Under the pieces are notes generated by a model. That model had not been told where the DNA came from, made no database searches, and worked only from the letters and a program-made list of their open reading frames with translations. Shown piece by piece: positions 1 through 8,717 of a stretch of 35,144 bases of DNA. Both the position numbers and the translations under genes were made by a program. The stretch covers positions 1 through 35,144 of the IMG/VR virus record IMGVR_UViG_3300017911_002314; one strand, given 5' to 3'. The stretch comes from a virus (Duplodnaviria > Caudoviricetes). Position 1 is the first letter of the stretch. Each line of letters begins with the position of its first letter.

Positions 1-2
1 AG

Positions 3-143
3 TTCGTTGTCTCCGTCATGGGTCTTATTGGTACACTTGCTTGTATTGTGCCAGAAGAAAGTAAGTTGGGGAAGATACTTGGAAAAGTAACTGGCAATTT
101 AACCAAATTTAAAAACTATCTACTTAAAAAAGTAAAAAAATGA
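3..143 (+). CDS. 3' end of a small membrane protein, partial at window edge (holin-like possible)
   Basis: Open frame FVVSVMGLIGTLACIVPEESKLGKILGKVTGNLTKFKNYLLKKVKK*; hydrophobic stretch followed by a basic tail; TGA at 141-143 overlaps the next ATG (ATGA). Confidence 0.6.
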   Translation, partial: FVVSVMGLIGTLACIVPEESKLGKILGKVTGNLTKFKNYLLKKVKK

Positions 144-886
144 ACAAACTAACACCACTAATATTACCATTATTATTCATACCTTCTTTAGTGAAAGCTG
201 CAATCGTCACTTTTGATGGAGGTATAGCAACAACTGTACTGGGAGAGCAATCAGAGATTGATAACAATATCCAAATTCAAAATGTAAGCTCTTACCAAGA
301 AGGAACTGTCATACTTAGTTATAATCTTACTAACCCCGACCAAGAATCTTCTTGGCAAACCGTAGGAGATTATTATGGAGTTCAAGATTCTGTAATTCAC
401 GGTCATTGGACTGAATTGAATAGCATCCAAATTGAGCGTGAAAATAACGTGGCTTTTGATTTACAATACTTTCAAATCACCTCTAACACTTCTGTTGGCG
501 GTGGGGCCGCAACTGATACAGAAAATATTGCAATTCAAGGATTCTTGAATGGTCAGCCTGTTACACAATTATTGGGGTTACCTAGTGTAGACTGGGGAGC
601 AAACGAAATTCAAGATGTGTTTCTTCCTGATTCTTTTAACAATGTAGATAAAGTTCTTATTACAGACCGTGGGACTTTAGGCGTTCACACTGGAGGATCT
701 GATTGCCCGACATGCAATTCTGCTTTTTGCTTCGGAATGGACAATTTTGTGTTTGATGAAGTTGTGCCTGAAGCATTAATTCAGGGTAATTCTACTACCT
801 TGACTACTGTTCCAGAGATGAGTGTGGGCCTAATGGGTTCATTAAGCATTCTCCTTTTACTACAGAGAAGAAAGTTTTACAGGTAG
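140..886 (+). CDS. PEP-CTERM-like sorted surface protein
   Basis: N-terminal signal peptide (MNKLTPLILPLLFIPSLVKA); C-terminal VPE-MS, hydrophobic helix and basic tail (VPEMSVGLMGSLSILLLLQRRK); acidic, S/T/N-rich body with FCFGMDNFVF preceding the tail. Confidence 0.75.
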   Translation: MNKLTPLILPLLFIPSLVKAAIVTFDGGIATTVLGEQSEIDNNIQIQNVSSYQEGTVILSYNLTNPDQESSWQTVGDYYGVQDSVIHGHWTELNSIQIERENNVAFDLQYFQITSNTSVGGGAATDTENIAIQGFLNGQPVTQLLGLPSVDWGANEIQDVFLPDSFNNVDKVLITDRGTLGVHTGGSDCPTCNSAFCFGMDNFVFDEVVPEALIQGNSTTLTTVPEMSVGLMGSLSILLLLQRRKFYR

Positions 887-894
887 ATAAAACG

Positions 895-922
895 AAAAGC
901 CCCTCCGAAGAGGGGCTTTTTT
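895..922. terminator. Bidirectional rho-independent terminator
   Basis: AAAA-GCCCCTC-CGAA-GAGGGGC-TTTTTT between convergent genes; reads as a cUUCGg tetraloop on the minus strand. Confidence 0.9.
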
Positions 923-923
923 A

Positions 924-1175
924 TTACTGGTTATAAAGTTCTCGCTCTAGTTTCCTGTAACGAGCATCAGAATGCCAAATCTCATCACTCTGAGGAGTGT
1001 AAACTCCCTCCTGAGTCTGAATCGCTTGACCCGCCTTCAGCTTCAAGGAAGACGGCTGATATATGTTTAAACTGTTTGTTTTCGGCAAGGAGCTGCCCCC
1101 GCAAGAAGTCAGCACGATCATTGGAGTTGTTGTCGCCAATAGCACGTAACCTTTCAATTTCTTCGATAAGTTCAT
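924..1175 (-). CDS. Lipoprotein, putative o-spanin (Rz1-like)
   Basis: Basic N-terminus, hydrophobic core and lipobox LTS-C(GG); overlaps 985..1281 by 191 nt in another frame. Confidence 0.6.
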   Translation of the reverse strand: MNLSKKLKGYVLLATTTPMIVLTSCGGSSLPKTNSLNIYQPSSLKLKAGQAIQTQEGVYTPQSDEIWHSDARYRKLERELYNQ

Positions 1176-1281
1176 TTTTCTTTTTATTGTGTTTCTCTGT
1201 AATTTCTGAAAACGCCAACTTATTTCTTAAAGCTAGATAAAGCTTCAGACTTTGAGCAAGAGTTTTAATTAAAGAAATCAT
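985..1281 (-). CDS. Coiled-coil protein, putative i-spanin (Rz-like)
   Basis: Amphipathic/hydrophobic N-terminus, then a predicted coiled coil (KKKNELIEEIERLRA); overlapped by a lipoprotein gene. The TM segment is weak. Confidence 0.5.
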   Translation of the reverse strand: MISLIKTLAQSLKLYLALRNKLAFSEITEKHNKKKNELIEEIERLRAIGDNNSNDRADFLRGQLLAENKQFKHISAVFLEAEGGSSDSDSGGSLHSSE

Positions 1282-1288
1282 TACTTTA

Positions 1289-2089
1289 TTATATACACTC
1301 TAATACCTGCTTCCACTCCATTTCCCCAATCACAGAAGTTAATTTTGTAATATCTGCTTGAGTGAATTTCTGATACTGTCCTTTTAGTTTTTCTGGCATT
1401 GCTATCTGCTTTACTTTCGCCCCAGAGTTTTCTGCCATTTTGTCAGCAATATCTTTAAAAGATACGGAGGTGCCAGTACCAACATTGAAGATGCCAGAAT
1501 CGTCATGATGAAGCATCCTATAATGAACCTCACAAACGTCCTCAACATGGACGAAGTCTCTGCTGGCTTTTCCTCTAAAAACTTTGATCTCACCATGTTC
1601 TTGAACTTGTTTGACGAATTTAGTAATTGGACTTGCTTGATCTCCTTTGTGCTCCTCATGAGGGCCATACACATTGAAATAACGGAATCCTTGATACGGA
1701 TGCTGCTCATTCAAAAGCCAATTGTCAAACATATATTTACTATAGGCATATGGACTCAAAGGAATGCAAAATTGATCTTCTTCAAAAGTTTCTGCTACAC
1801 CATAAACAGAAGCACTGCTTGCATATTGGAACTTGATATCCATGTTAGCACACAACTGATAAAGTGTGCCAGAGAAGATGAAATTCTCGTTTAAAATCTT
1901 TTTTAAATCAGTTTCAGTAGTGCTTGAGTTAGCACCAAGATGAATAACTGCATCTATGCCGTTCAGAGGAGGGAGAGGACCACCGAACTTGATGTCGTAT
2001 TCTACGACTTCAATACCCCTTTTAGAAAGGTATGGACACAAGTTTTTGCCTATGAAGCCTTCGCTTCCAGTGACGAGAACTCTTTGCAT
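1289..2089 (-). CDS. hldD: ADP-L-glycero-D-manno-heptose 6-epimerase-like SDR epimerase
   Basis: GSEGFIG Rossmann motif, HLGANSSTTE, YASSASVYG, YAYSK catalytic motif, RYFNVYGPHEEHKG and YQKFTQAD, all typical of HldD/RfaD. Confidence 0.85.
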   Translation of the reverse strand: MQRVLVTGSEGFIGKNLCPYLSKRGIEVVEYDIKFGGPLPPLNGIDAVIHLGANSSTTETDLKKILNENFIFSGTLYQLCANMDIKFQYASSASVYGVAETFEEDQFCIPLSPYAYSKYMFDNWLLNEQHPYQGFRYFNVYGPHEEHKGDQASPITKFVKQVQEHGEIKVFRGKASRDFVHVEDVCEVHYRMLHHDDSGIFNVGTGTSVSFKDIADKMAENSGAKVKQIAMPEKLKGQYQKFTQADITKLTSVIGEMEWKQVLECI

Positions 2090-2094
2090 GATAC

Positions 2095-2123
2095 ATTATA
2101 TCAAAGCTCGTCCTCGTCTTCAA
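2095..2123 (-). promoter_or_regulatory. sigma70-type promoter, near-leaderless, for hldD
   Basis: TTGAAG-17-TATAAT, then 5 nt to the ATG at 2089. Confidence 0.55.
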
Positions 2124-3075
2124 CAACAACTTTAATCTCCTCTAAGAATGGATACCCATTTAATAAGTCCTGATGCTCCGCAAATGATTCATCATCCCAA
2201 CCCCACTCAGAAAACTTCTCTTCATCATCCCAAGCGATAACGTCTTCTGATGCCATGGAACTCACTGGCTTCTTAGACCAAAACTTACAACTCCAATAAC
2301 GAGGAGTAGTCTTGTCTTTAGCAGAGTCACACTTGTGACGAGCGCGGAAATTACGACGACGATCAGGGTCGTCGCGCTTGATTTCCATATTAGGATCACC
2401 GAACTTAACCATGATCACATTGCCAGTCTTTGGGTTTTTGACGTAAACACCAAACTTCTTTTTGCCATCTTTGAGTCGGAACGGCTTATTTAAAGTCTTT
2501 TTTTCTCCCTCTGAATAATCAATATCTTCAATATCTTGATCAGATTCAGAAGAAGCGTCAACTTTTACAAAGTCTAAACGAGCAAGAGCAAAATCAAGCT
2601 CATCAAAATCAACAAACCCTTTGCCGTCTTCTTCGATGTAATAATCTTCAGAACCTTTTGCGATGTCCTGATCTGCCGCACGGTAAGCTTTTTTAACTTT
2701 GCCTCCACGCATCATTTTTAAAAACATATTGACCCTAGCCATCGCCCATTGACCTCTGGTCTTATTAGGACGGTGACTAGAGCTAAATGCTCCCGCACCA
2801 CGGCGGTATACTTTTTTAAGCTGCGTAAGGGAAACTTTCTTAGAATACTTTTCGTTATGCTCTTTTACCTTGTTTTTAAGAGCCGTAACGACTTTTTCTG
2901 AGAAGGTGATTTTCTTTCCATCTTTCCCTGCACTGCCCTTTTTGTTCTTGCTAGAACCTTTTTTGCGCTCACTAGGCTTCGCTGGAGTTTGCGCTCCGCT
3001 TTTAGGCCCAGATCGCTTTGCAGACTGAGATTCAAGAAATTCTTTCGCCTCTTTAGAAAAATCGTATTCCATCAA
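2101..3075 (-). CDS. Hypothetical phage protein with two basic conserved-looking domains and acidic linkers
   Basis: Domain 1 VYRRGAGAFSSSHRP..QWAMARV; domain 2 VKFGDPNM...RRNFRARHKC...YWSC. Both resemble, from memory, unknown-function domains of large DNA viruses. The likely start is the ATG at 3072. Confidence 0.7.
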   Translation of the reverse strand: MMEYDFSKEAKEFLESQSAKRSGPKSGAQTPAKPSERKKGSSKNKKGSAGKDGKKITFSEKVVTALKNKVKEHNEKYSKKVSLTQLKKVYRRGAGAFSSSHRPNKTRGQWAMARVNMFLKMMRGGKVKKAYRAADQDIAKGSEDYYIEEDGKGFVDFDELDFALARLDFVKVDASSESDQDIEDIDYSEGEKKTLNKPFRLKDGKKKFGVYVKNPKTGNVIMVKFGDPNMEIKRDDPDRRRNFRARHKCDSAKDKTTPRYWSCKFWSKKPVSSMASEDVIAWDDEEKFSEWGWDDESFAEHQDLLNGYPFLEEIKVVVEDEDEL

Positions 3076-3081
3076 AGGATG

Positions 3082-3270
3082 TTACACTTCTTTTTCAAAA
3101 ACTTCTTTATAACTTTGAAGTTTTTCTTCTTCGTTCATATCTTCAAGCTTATTATCAACCTCCTCTTTAACCAAAGTAGAAATTATGTCGATAATTTCAG
3201 CGAAAGTTAAGTTGCTTGTTATATGATTTACAAGAGCTTCATGAAGTTCCTGTTCCTGTTCTGGAGACAT
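3082..3270 (-). CDS. Hypothetical acidic protein
   Basis: 62-aa ORF; start overlaps the upstream stop (TAATG). Confidence 0.7.
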   Translation of the reverse strand: MSPEQEQELHEALVNHITSNLTFAEIIDIISTLVKEEVDNKLEDMNEEEKLQSYKEVFEKEV

Positions 3271-3476
3271 TACTTCTGCAAAGCTTTGCTTTTATAAATA
3301 CGAAGGTCAGGATGATTGTCTTTTTCTTTAAACTTGTTTTTAAAGATGACAATCTCAACCTTTTCTCCACCAATCGTTAGGTTCCCTGAGTAAAAGGGCT
3401 TATCGCCACCTTTACGCCACAAGGCTCCAATTTCACGGTCAGACCATTCGCTAGATGTATTATTGTTTTCGTTCAT
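3270..3476 (-). CDS. DUF736-like small beta-rich protein
   Basis: EIGALW...YSG...IFKN...HPDLRIY pattern; coupled to neighbours at both ends. Confidence 0.55.
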   Translation of the reverse strand: MNENNNTSSEWSDREIGALWRKGGDKPFYSGNLTIGGEKVEIVIFKNKFKEKDNHPDLRIYKSKALQK

Positions 3477-3622
3477 AGATTAATATAAGATTTGATCAAG
3501 TGTTTCTTATTATGAGGAAGTTTAGTATAGCGTTTTTTGACACGCTTATAAGCTCTTTTCATAATTGGATCTGATTGAAAATTAATCAGACTCCTTAGAT
3601 ATCTTGAAGTAGACCCACTCAT
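3473..3622 (-). CDS. Small basic protein (49 aa), missing from the ORF track
   Basis: MSGSTSRYLRSLINFQSDPIMKRAYKRVKKRYTKLPHNKKHLIKSYINL*; TAATG overlap at the start and ATGA overlap at the stop fill the gap exactly. Confidence 0.7.
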   Translation of the reverse strand: MSGSTSRYLRSLINFQSDPIMKRAYKRVKKRYTKLPHNKKHLIKSYINL

Positions 3623-3831
3623 TACTTACCAAAAGATACTTTATCAAGGCTTGTCTTAGCAAAGCGACGAACAAGGCCATTATTGCGATCAAACACTTGA
3701 ATATAGCTTTCGGTCTCACCACGGAATTGAGCATTCAAAGTCTCACCCTGAGAGGTGTGAAGACCAAAAAAACGACCACGAGTTCCGCGAATGACATTAA
3801 GTGCAGTTTTTTGCTTACGATTCAGTTTCAT
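3622..3831 (-). CDS. Hypothetical basic protein
   Basis: 69-aa ORF with its own promoter-like sequence; coupled to the downstream ORF. Confidence 0.7.
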   Translation of the reverse strand: MKLNRKQKTALNVIRGTRGRFFGLHTSQGETLNAQFRGETESYIQVFDRNNGLVRRFAKTSLDKVSFGK

Positions 3832-3840
3832 AACAGCATT

Positions 3841-3868
3841 ATTGTAAAGATGAATTCAAATCTATCAA
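3841..3868 (-). promoter_or_regulatory. sigma70-type promoter
   Basis: TTGATA-16-TACAAT, 9 nt before the ATG at 3831. Confidence 0.5.
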
Positions 3869-6159
3869 CTAGAAAGTTTCATTTTGCTCAAATTTATTTT
3901 GCGAGTGCTTTTCGTCAACTCTTGGCAAATAAACTTGTTTATTTGATTTTCGAAACGGTCTTGGAAATCAACTAAATTCTTCGAAGAATTCGCAAACTTT
4001 TTTAGAAAGTTTAATGTGAATACAACCTCAATATCATTTAACCTCAAATCTTCGTTGATTTTCTGTATCTTATTGTAAAGGATTCTAAAAATATCTTTCT
4101 TTCGAACCTCCTTCAATACTAAATTGCAGTCAACCAAGGATAATAATTCTTTAAAAATAGATGAGGTAGGTGAATCCTCTGATGATTTAAAGCCCATTGA
4201 AGCTGTATTTTCTACCCCACTTGTCACAAATATTTTAGCATTAGAGAAGTCTGCTAGATCCCCATTGGCCATCTGGAGCTTGCCTTCCTTTAAGATTTGA
4301 GCAAATATGGTCTTAACGGAATGATGCAATTTATGAAAGTCATCAATAATAATCACACTATTGGGATGAATGTTAATCTTTTCGCAGAGAGAGGTATTGT
4401 TCATTACTTCTGGTAGAATTTTGAACTTAGCAAACTCATCTGAGAAATGAACCCCGCTGTAGTTTAGTACATTTACCCCACTTTTCTCTAATGAATCCTT
4501 CAGAGTTGAACAAAAGAAACTTTTCCCGCTAGACTCGACTCCAGTCACACAATAAATGCTTGGGGCAGCACCTTTTTTGTGCATCCCATAGTTAGATAAG
4601 GAAATAGATTCAATCAGAGAATCGACGACTAAATTATTGCCAATAAACTTTTGCTTTAAACTTTTGGAAAGGTTAGACAAAATATCTGGCTTTCTTAACG
4701 GATTCTCTTTCTTTGAGAAAAAATCTTTGAGGTGATTCATTTTGACATCAGGAACTTTGTCTTCTTTATCTTCTGCCCAGCCTGAAAGCCTTTCTGTTAC
4801 AAAAGACAATACCGACTCTGTAGAATTTAAGTCTACGCCACTGTCTTTTATTTCTTTTCTCAGATCGCTAAATGTGCCATCTTGTTCCCAATAGGCAACT
4901 TTAGCTTGCGCTCCACAATGATCTACAACATCGATAGCCTTATCTGGATAAAATTTGTTTGGGAGATATTTTTCACAAAAATCAATCACATGATCGACAA
5001 AGTTTTGGGTATACTTTACATTATGAAAATCCTCATAATAAGAAGTAATAGTAGGCAAGATCTCTTTCATCTGGAACTTAGAGGGTTCCTTGATAATCAC
5101 CTTTTCAAATCGACGATCTAAAGCACTATCCTTTTTAATTGTGTTTGTATACTCATTAATTGTCGTAGCACCAATGCAACTAATTGTACCCCTAGCAAGT
5201 TCTGGCTTGAGGATATTAGAGGCTTCTAGAGAGTTCTCTGTCGTTCCTCCAGCACCAACAAGAGTATGAATTTCATCTATAAATAAGATGATATTTTCAT
5301 ACTTCTTCACTTCATCCACGAACTTTTCCAATCTTTCTTCAAATTGCCCACGATATTGGGTTCCAGCCACCATGCTGGACAAACTAAGAGAATAAATTAC
5401 TTTATTGGCGATAAGCTCTGGAGATTCCCCGTTTACAATCTTTGAAGCTAAACCTTCAATAAGAGAAGTCTTACCCGTTCCCGCTGGACCAACAAGAATT
5501 GCATTTGGCTTCTTCTTTCTACAAAGAATAGTTGCTATCTCTGATATCTTGTCATCAAAGTCTACAATTTTATCGAACTCTTGGCGAGAGGCTTTTAAAT
5601 TTAAATTCTCTGCAAATTGATCAAGAATTGGATTATCGTCGAACATTCCAATCCAGTTGCTAGTCACATCCATCGATATGTCACTAGGCAATGAAGGCCC
5701 AAAGTCTAATTCAAGAGGCTCTTCGTCTTTTATAAAACAAGTGATGGCACTAATTAATTTGTCTACATCATCCTCGTCGAAAATACCAGAGAAAGCCTTC
5801 GGAATAAAAGGATCACTCAAGAGGCAAAGTAAGATAGACTCTGTGCTAATGTAGTCTAACGAAAATAACTCTTTTTGAATAAACTCACACTGCTCTAGTA
5901 ACTTGTTTAAGTTAGTAGAATATCTTCTAGATACAACCTTGTTGGGCTTCTTCTTCTCAATAGTCTTTTGTGAAGCAATTCGTAGAGCTTCTACAGATGA
6001 GAAATCTTCAAGAAAATTTTGGCAAGATAAACTTAAGTCGCTAATAAATGAATGAAAAAAGACATCTATATCGACCTTATTCCTCCCAAGATGCTCGTTT
6101 AAATCTTGAGCATTTTTTAAAATAGCTTCTAGCTGTGGAGTAAAAGGTAAGTCGTTCAT
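3865..6159 (-). CDS. ClpA/ClpC-family AAA+ ATPase
   Basis: Clp N-domain (FTPQLEAIL...ISTESILL); Walker A GPAGTGKT; pore loop AGTQYRGQFEERL; Walker B ILFIDEIHTLVGAG; CIGATT; DSALDRRF; PDKAID; degenerate second ATPase domain. Confidence 0.9.
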   Translation of the reverse strand: MNDLPFTPQLEAILKNAQDLNEHLGRNKVDIDVFFHSFISDLSLSCQNFLEDFSSVEALRIASQKTIEKKKPNKVVSRRYSTNLNKLLEQCEFIQKELFSLDYISTESILLCLLSDPFIPKAFSGIFDEDDVDKLISAITCFIKDEEPLELDFGPSLPSDISMDVTSNWIGMFDDNPILDQFAENLNLKASRQEFDKIVDFDDKISEIATILCRKKKPNAILVGPAGTGKTSLIEGLASKIVNGESPELIANKVIYSLSLSSMVAGTQYRGQFEERLEKFVDEVKKYENIILFIDEIHTLVGAGGTTENSLEASNILKPELARGTISCIGATTINEYTNTIKKDSALDRRFEKVIIKEPSKFQMKEILPTITSYYEDFHNVKYTQNFVDHVIDFCEKYLPNKFYPDKAIDVVDHCGAQAKVAYWEQDGTFSDLRKEIKDSGVDLNSTESVLSFVTERLSGWAEDKEDKVPDVKMNHLKDFFSKKENPLRKPDILSNLSKSLKQKFIGNNLVVDSLIESISLSNYGMHKKGAAPSIYCVTGVESSGKSFFCSTLKDSLEKSGVNVLNYSGVHFSDEFAKFKILPEVMNNTSLCEKINIHPNSVIIIDDFHKLHHSVKTIFAQILKEGKLQMANGDLADFSNAKIFVTSGVENTASMGFKSSEDSPTSSIFKELLSLVDCNLVLKEVRKKDIFRILYNKIQKINEDLRLNDIEVVFTLNFLKKFANSSKNLVDFQDRFENQINKFICQELTKSTRKINLSKMKLSS

Positions 6160-8717
6160 TTCTTATTTAGATCCCTGAGCTTCATCATAATCTTAGTGTC
6201 TATGACTCTAGCTGAGTTCACAAAACTACTACCACGCCCTTTGCTTGCATTCAAGATCAAAATGCAGTCTTTGGATATTTTATGATCTTCAAGGAATTCT
6301 GAAAGTGTATTTGCCCTAGAGTTATCCATCATCAAGAAGCTAGCAGAGCCTGTGTTGTCAGAACCTCTGATCATCATGTACTTGTTGCCGCTTTGAGAAA
6401 CTTTTGTAAAAAAATCTTTTACCTGACAAGCAACCTTAAAGTTAGTGTTTTCTGAGATTTCATCAATATCTTTGAGGTAATTCATAGAACCAAACTTATC
6501 TTCGAAACAGTCCTTCAAGTCAAAAGAGTAACTGTAACCCAGCAGAGTATTTTCATACCACCAATTAGTAAATTTCTGAAATGGCTTGTTTTTATCGAAG
6601 ATTTCTTTGTAGTTCTTAAAGTTCTTCTTGAATGTCTCAAACCTAGACTCTTTCATTATTGGGCGACCATCATCAGCTACAGCATTAACTTTAATTACTT
6701 CAGATATTGCTTTTAAAATATCATCGCCAAACCTATTTTTAAATAGGATAAAATTCCTCTTCTCTCTATCCGTCAAGATGTTAAAAGCTTGAGCCTCTAA
6801 AACCAATCTTGCCCTCTTCTCTGTAGATTCATCCATAGCTCCCGCTTGAATCAAAGCCGCTAACACCGAAATGTTTATGCCACAGTTTTTTGCAGCAGTA
6901 AATACATCGTATTTGCTTTCAAATCCATCTGCCCCTTTGAAAGATAAAAGACCTTCTTTTGATTTAGACGAGATACCTTTGATTCCATTTAAACCATATC
7001 TAATATCATTACCCTCAATAGAGAAGTCCATCTCTGACTTGAATAAGTTAGGAGGTAGTAGCTTGATGCCAAAGTAATCTAACTCTTGATGAACAGAAGT
7101 GACAACTTCAAGAGGTTCTGGATCAAACTCAGAAGACTCAAGCACGGAGAGGAAAAACTCTCTAGGGTGCTTGTATTTCAAATACACTGTTTTTGCAGCT
7201 AATTCAGCGTAAGCAAAGCTATGAGACTTATTGAACGAGTAGTCAGCAGAAGCTTGTAGCGCAGTCCAGTAGAAGTCGCTAATCTGGCTATCCAAACCTA
7301 ACTCTTCTGCCGCTTCATAAATCCTATCTTTCCATTTCGGCATCTCATCCACTTTTTTCTTACCAACAATGCGACGAAGAGTTTCCGCTTCTTCTAGAGT
7401 CAAGCCAAAAACCTTATTGGCAATTTGCATCAACTGCTCCTGATACAAAATAACATTTTTAGACCAAGACAAAATCTCATCCAAATCTTCATGAAGATTC
7501 CTTGATTGAGGAGCTTTTTTCTGTCGAACGTATTCTTCTACAAATTGTAAAGCCCCCGGACGCGCAAGAGCAACAACATCAGAAAGTTCATTTAGATTCT
7601 CTGGCTTAACTTCTTGGCAAACCCTGAAGTTAGTATCCGCAGAAATTTGGAACAAACCCTCTGGATGATTATAGCTTTGAAGCTTCTCATATATGAATGG
7701 GTCATTAGGATCAATGTCATCAATATCAATTCCAATCTTATCACAAGTCCTGTGTGCAATTGTCAATGTCCTAAGACCTAGAATATCAAACTTTACCATG
7801 AGATCAGCAACATCATGCATGTTGTAACCTGTCACCAAGTCTCCATCTTTAGTCTTCTGAAGAGGCACGACATCTCCAATTGATTGGGAACAAATAGCAA
7901 TACCAGATGGATGAACTCCTGTGTTTTTAATCAGATTCTCAATCCTTTTGGCATTCACAAAAGTTCTATTATGTTTCTTTGCCCAAGAATCAAACTTTTC
8001 ATTTTCTTTCCTAGCATTCTCTAAAGAAGAAACCTTCCCGTGAAGTTTCGGAATCATATCGCTAACTGCATTAGCTTCTACTTCTTTTGCTTCATCGAAA
8101 TATTTTGTTGCTTCTCTAATGCAAAGTTTAGAACTAAAAGTATTAAAGGTTAAAATCTTAGCAGTTCTACCTTTGTGTTTTTCTTCGATGTATTGAATCA
8201 CTTTTTGTCTTTGCTCATAACTGATGTCCGAATCAACATCAGGGAGCAAGCTACCAACAAGAAACTCTTTATTACGTTTATCGTAAACCTTCTTTGCACG
8301 GCTCTTTGAAACAAAACGCTCAAAGAACAAATTGTGAGGAATGGGGTCAATATTAGTCACTCCAAGCAAGTAGAGGACCAGAGAGCCAGCAGCAGACCCT
8401 CGACCCGCTCCAGTAGGAATCCCGTTTTCATGGCAGAAGTTCAACACATCCCAGTTCAATAAAATATAATCTGTGAAACCAAGCTCTTCAAAAGTTTCTA
8501 ACTCTTGGAGAGTCCTGTCGTAGTATTCTTTTTTATTGCTATACTTTGTAATACCCTTGTCTCGCAAGCCTTTACGAGCAAGCTCGTACATAATTTCCTT
8601 AGTTGAGCTTTGTTTACTTAGACCAATACTATTCAAAACCGATTCACTGACCGAAGTTTTTGGTAACTCCACTCCAATTGGCTCGCAATCATCATAAACA
8701 GAACAATCTCCAAACAT
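6156..8717 (-). CDS. dnaE: DNA polymerase III alpha (DnaE-type) catalytic core lacking the N-terminal PHP domain
   Basis: GAGRGSAAGSLVLY, FERF, PDVDSD and KFDILGL catalytic aspartates, GVHPSG, LYQEQ, YSFNKSHS and IRYGLNGIKGI HhH, plus a C-terminal OB fold. Confidence 0.92.
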   Translation of the reverse strand: MFGDCSVYDDCEPIGVELPKTSVSESVLNSIGLSKQSSTKEIMYELARKGLRDKGITKYSNKKEYYDRTLQELETFEELGFTDYILLNWDVLNFCHENGIPTGAGRGSAAGSLVLYLLGVTNIDPIPHNLFFERFVSKSRAKKVYDKRNKEFLVGSLLPDVDSDISYEQRQKVIQYIEEKHKGRTAKILTFNTFSSKLCIREATKYFDEAKEVEANAVSDMIPKLHGKVSSLENARKENEKFDSWAKKHNRTFVNAKRIENLIKNTGVHPSGIAICSQSIGDVVPLQKTKDGDLVTGYNMHDVADLMVKFDILGLRTLTIAHRTCDKIGIDIDDIDPNDPFIYEKLQSYNHPEGLFQISADTNFRVCQEVKPENLNELSDVVALARPGALQFVEEYVRQKKAPQSRNLHEDLDEILSWSKNVILYQEQLMQIANKVFGLTLEEAETLRRIVGKKKVDEMPKWKDRIYEAAEELGLDSQISDFYWTALQASADYSFNKSHSFAYAELAAKTVYLKYKHPREFFLSVLESSEFDPEPLEVVTSVHQELDYFGIKLLPPNLFKSEMDFSIEGNDIRYGLNGIKGISSKSKEGLLSFKGADGFESKYDVFTAAKNCGINISVLAALIQAGAMDESTEKRARLVLEAQAFNILTDREKRNFILFKNRFGDDILKAISEVIKVNAVADDGRPIMKESRFETFKKNFKNYKEIFDKNKPFQKFTNWWYENTLLGYSYSFDLKDCFEDKFGSMNYLKDIDEISENTNFKVACQVKDFFTKVSQSGNKYMMIRGSDNTGSASFLMMDNSRANTLSEFLEDHKISKDCILILNASKGRGSSFVNSARVIDTKIMMKLRDLNKK

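Noticed and set aside
1411-2173. Alternative-frame and antisense ORFs over hldD (1411..1710, 1505..1894, 1940..2173)
   Set aside because: They lie almost wholly inside well-supported genes and show no motifs; treated as shadow ORFs, like the other short nested ORFs in the track.
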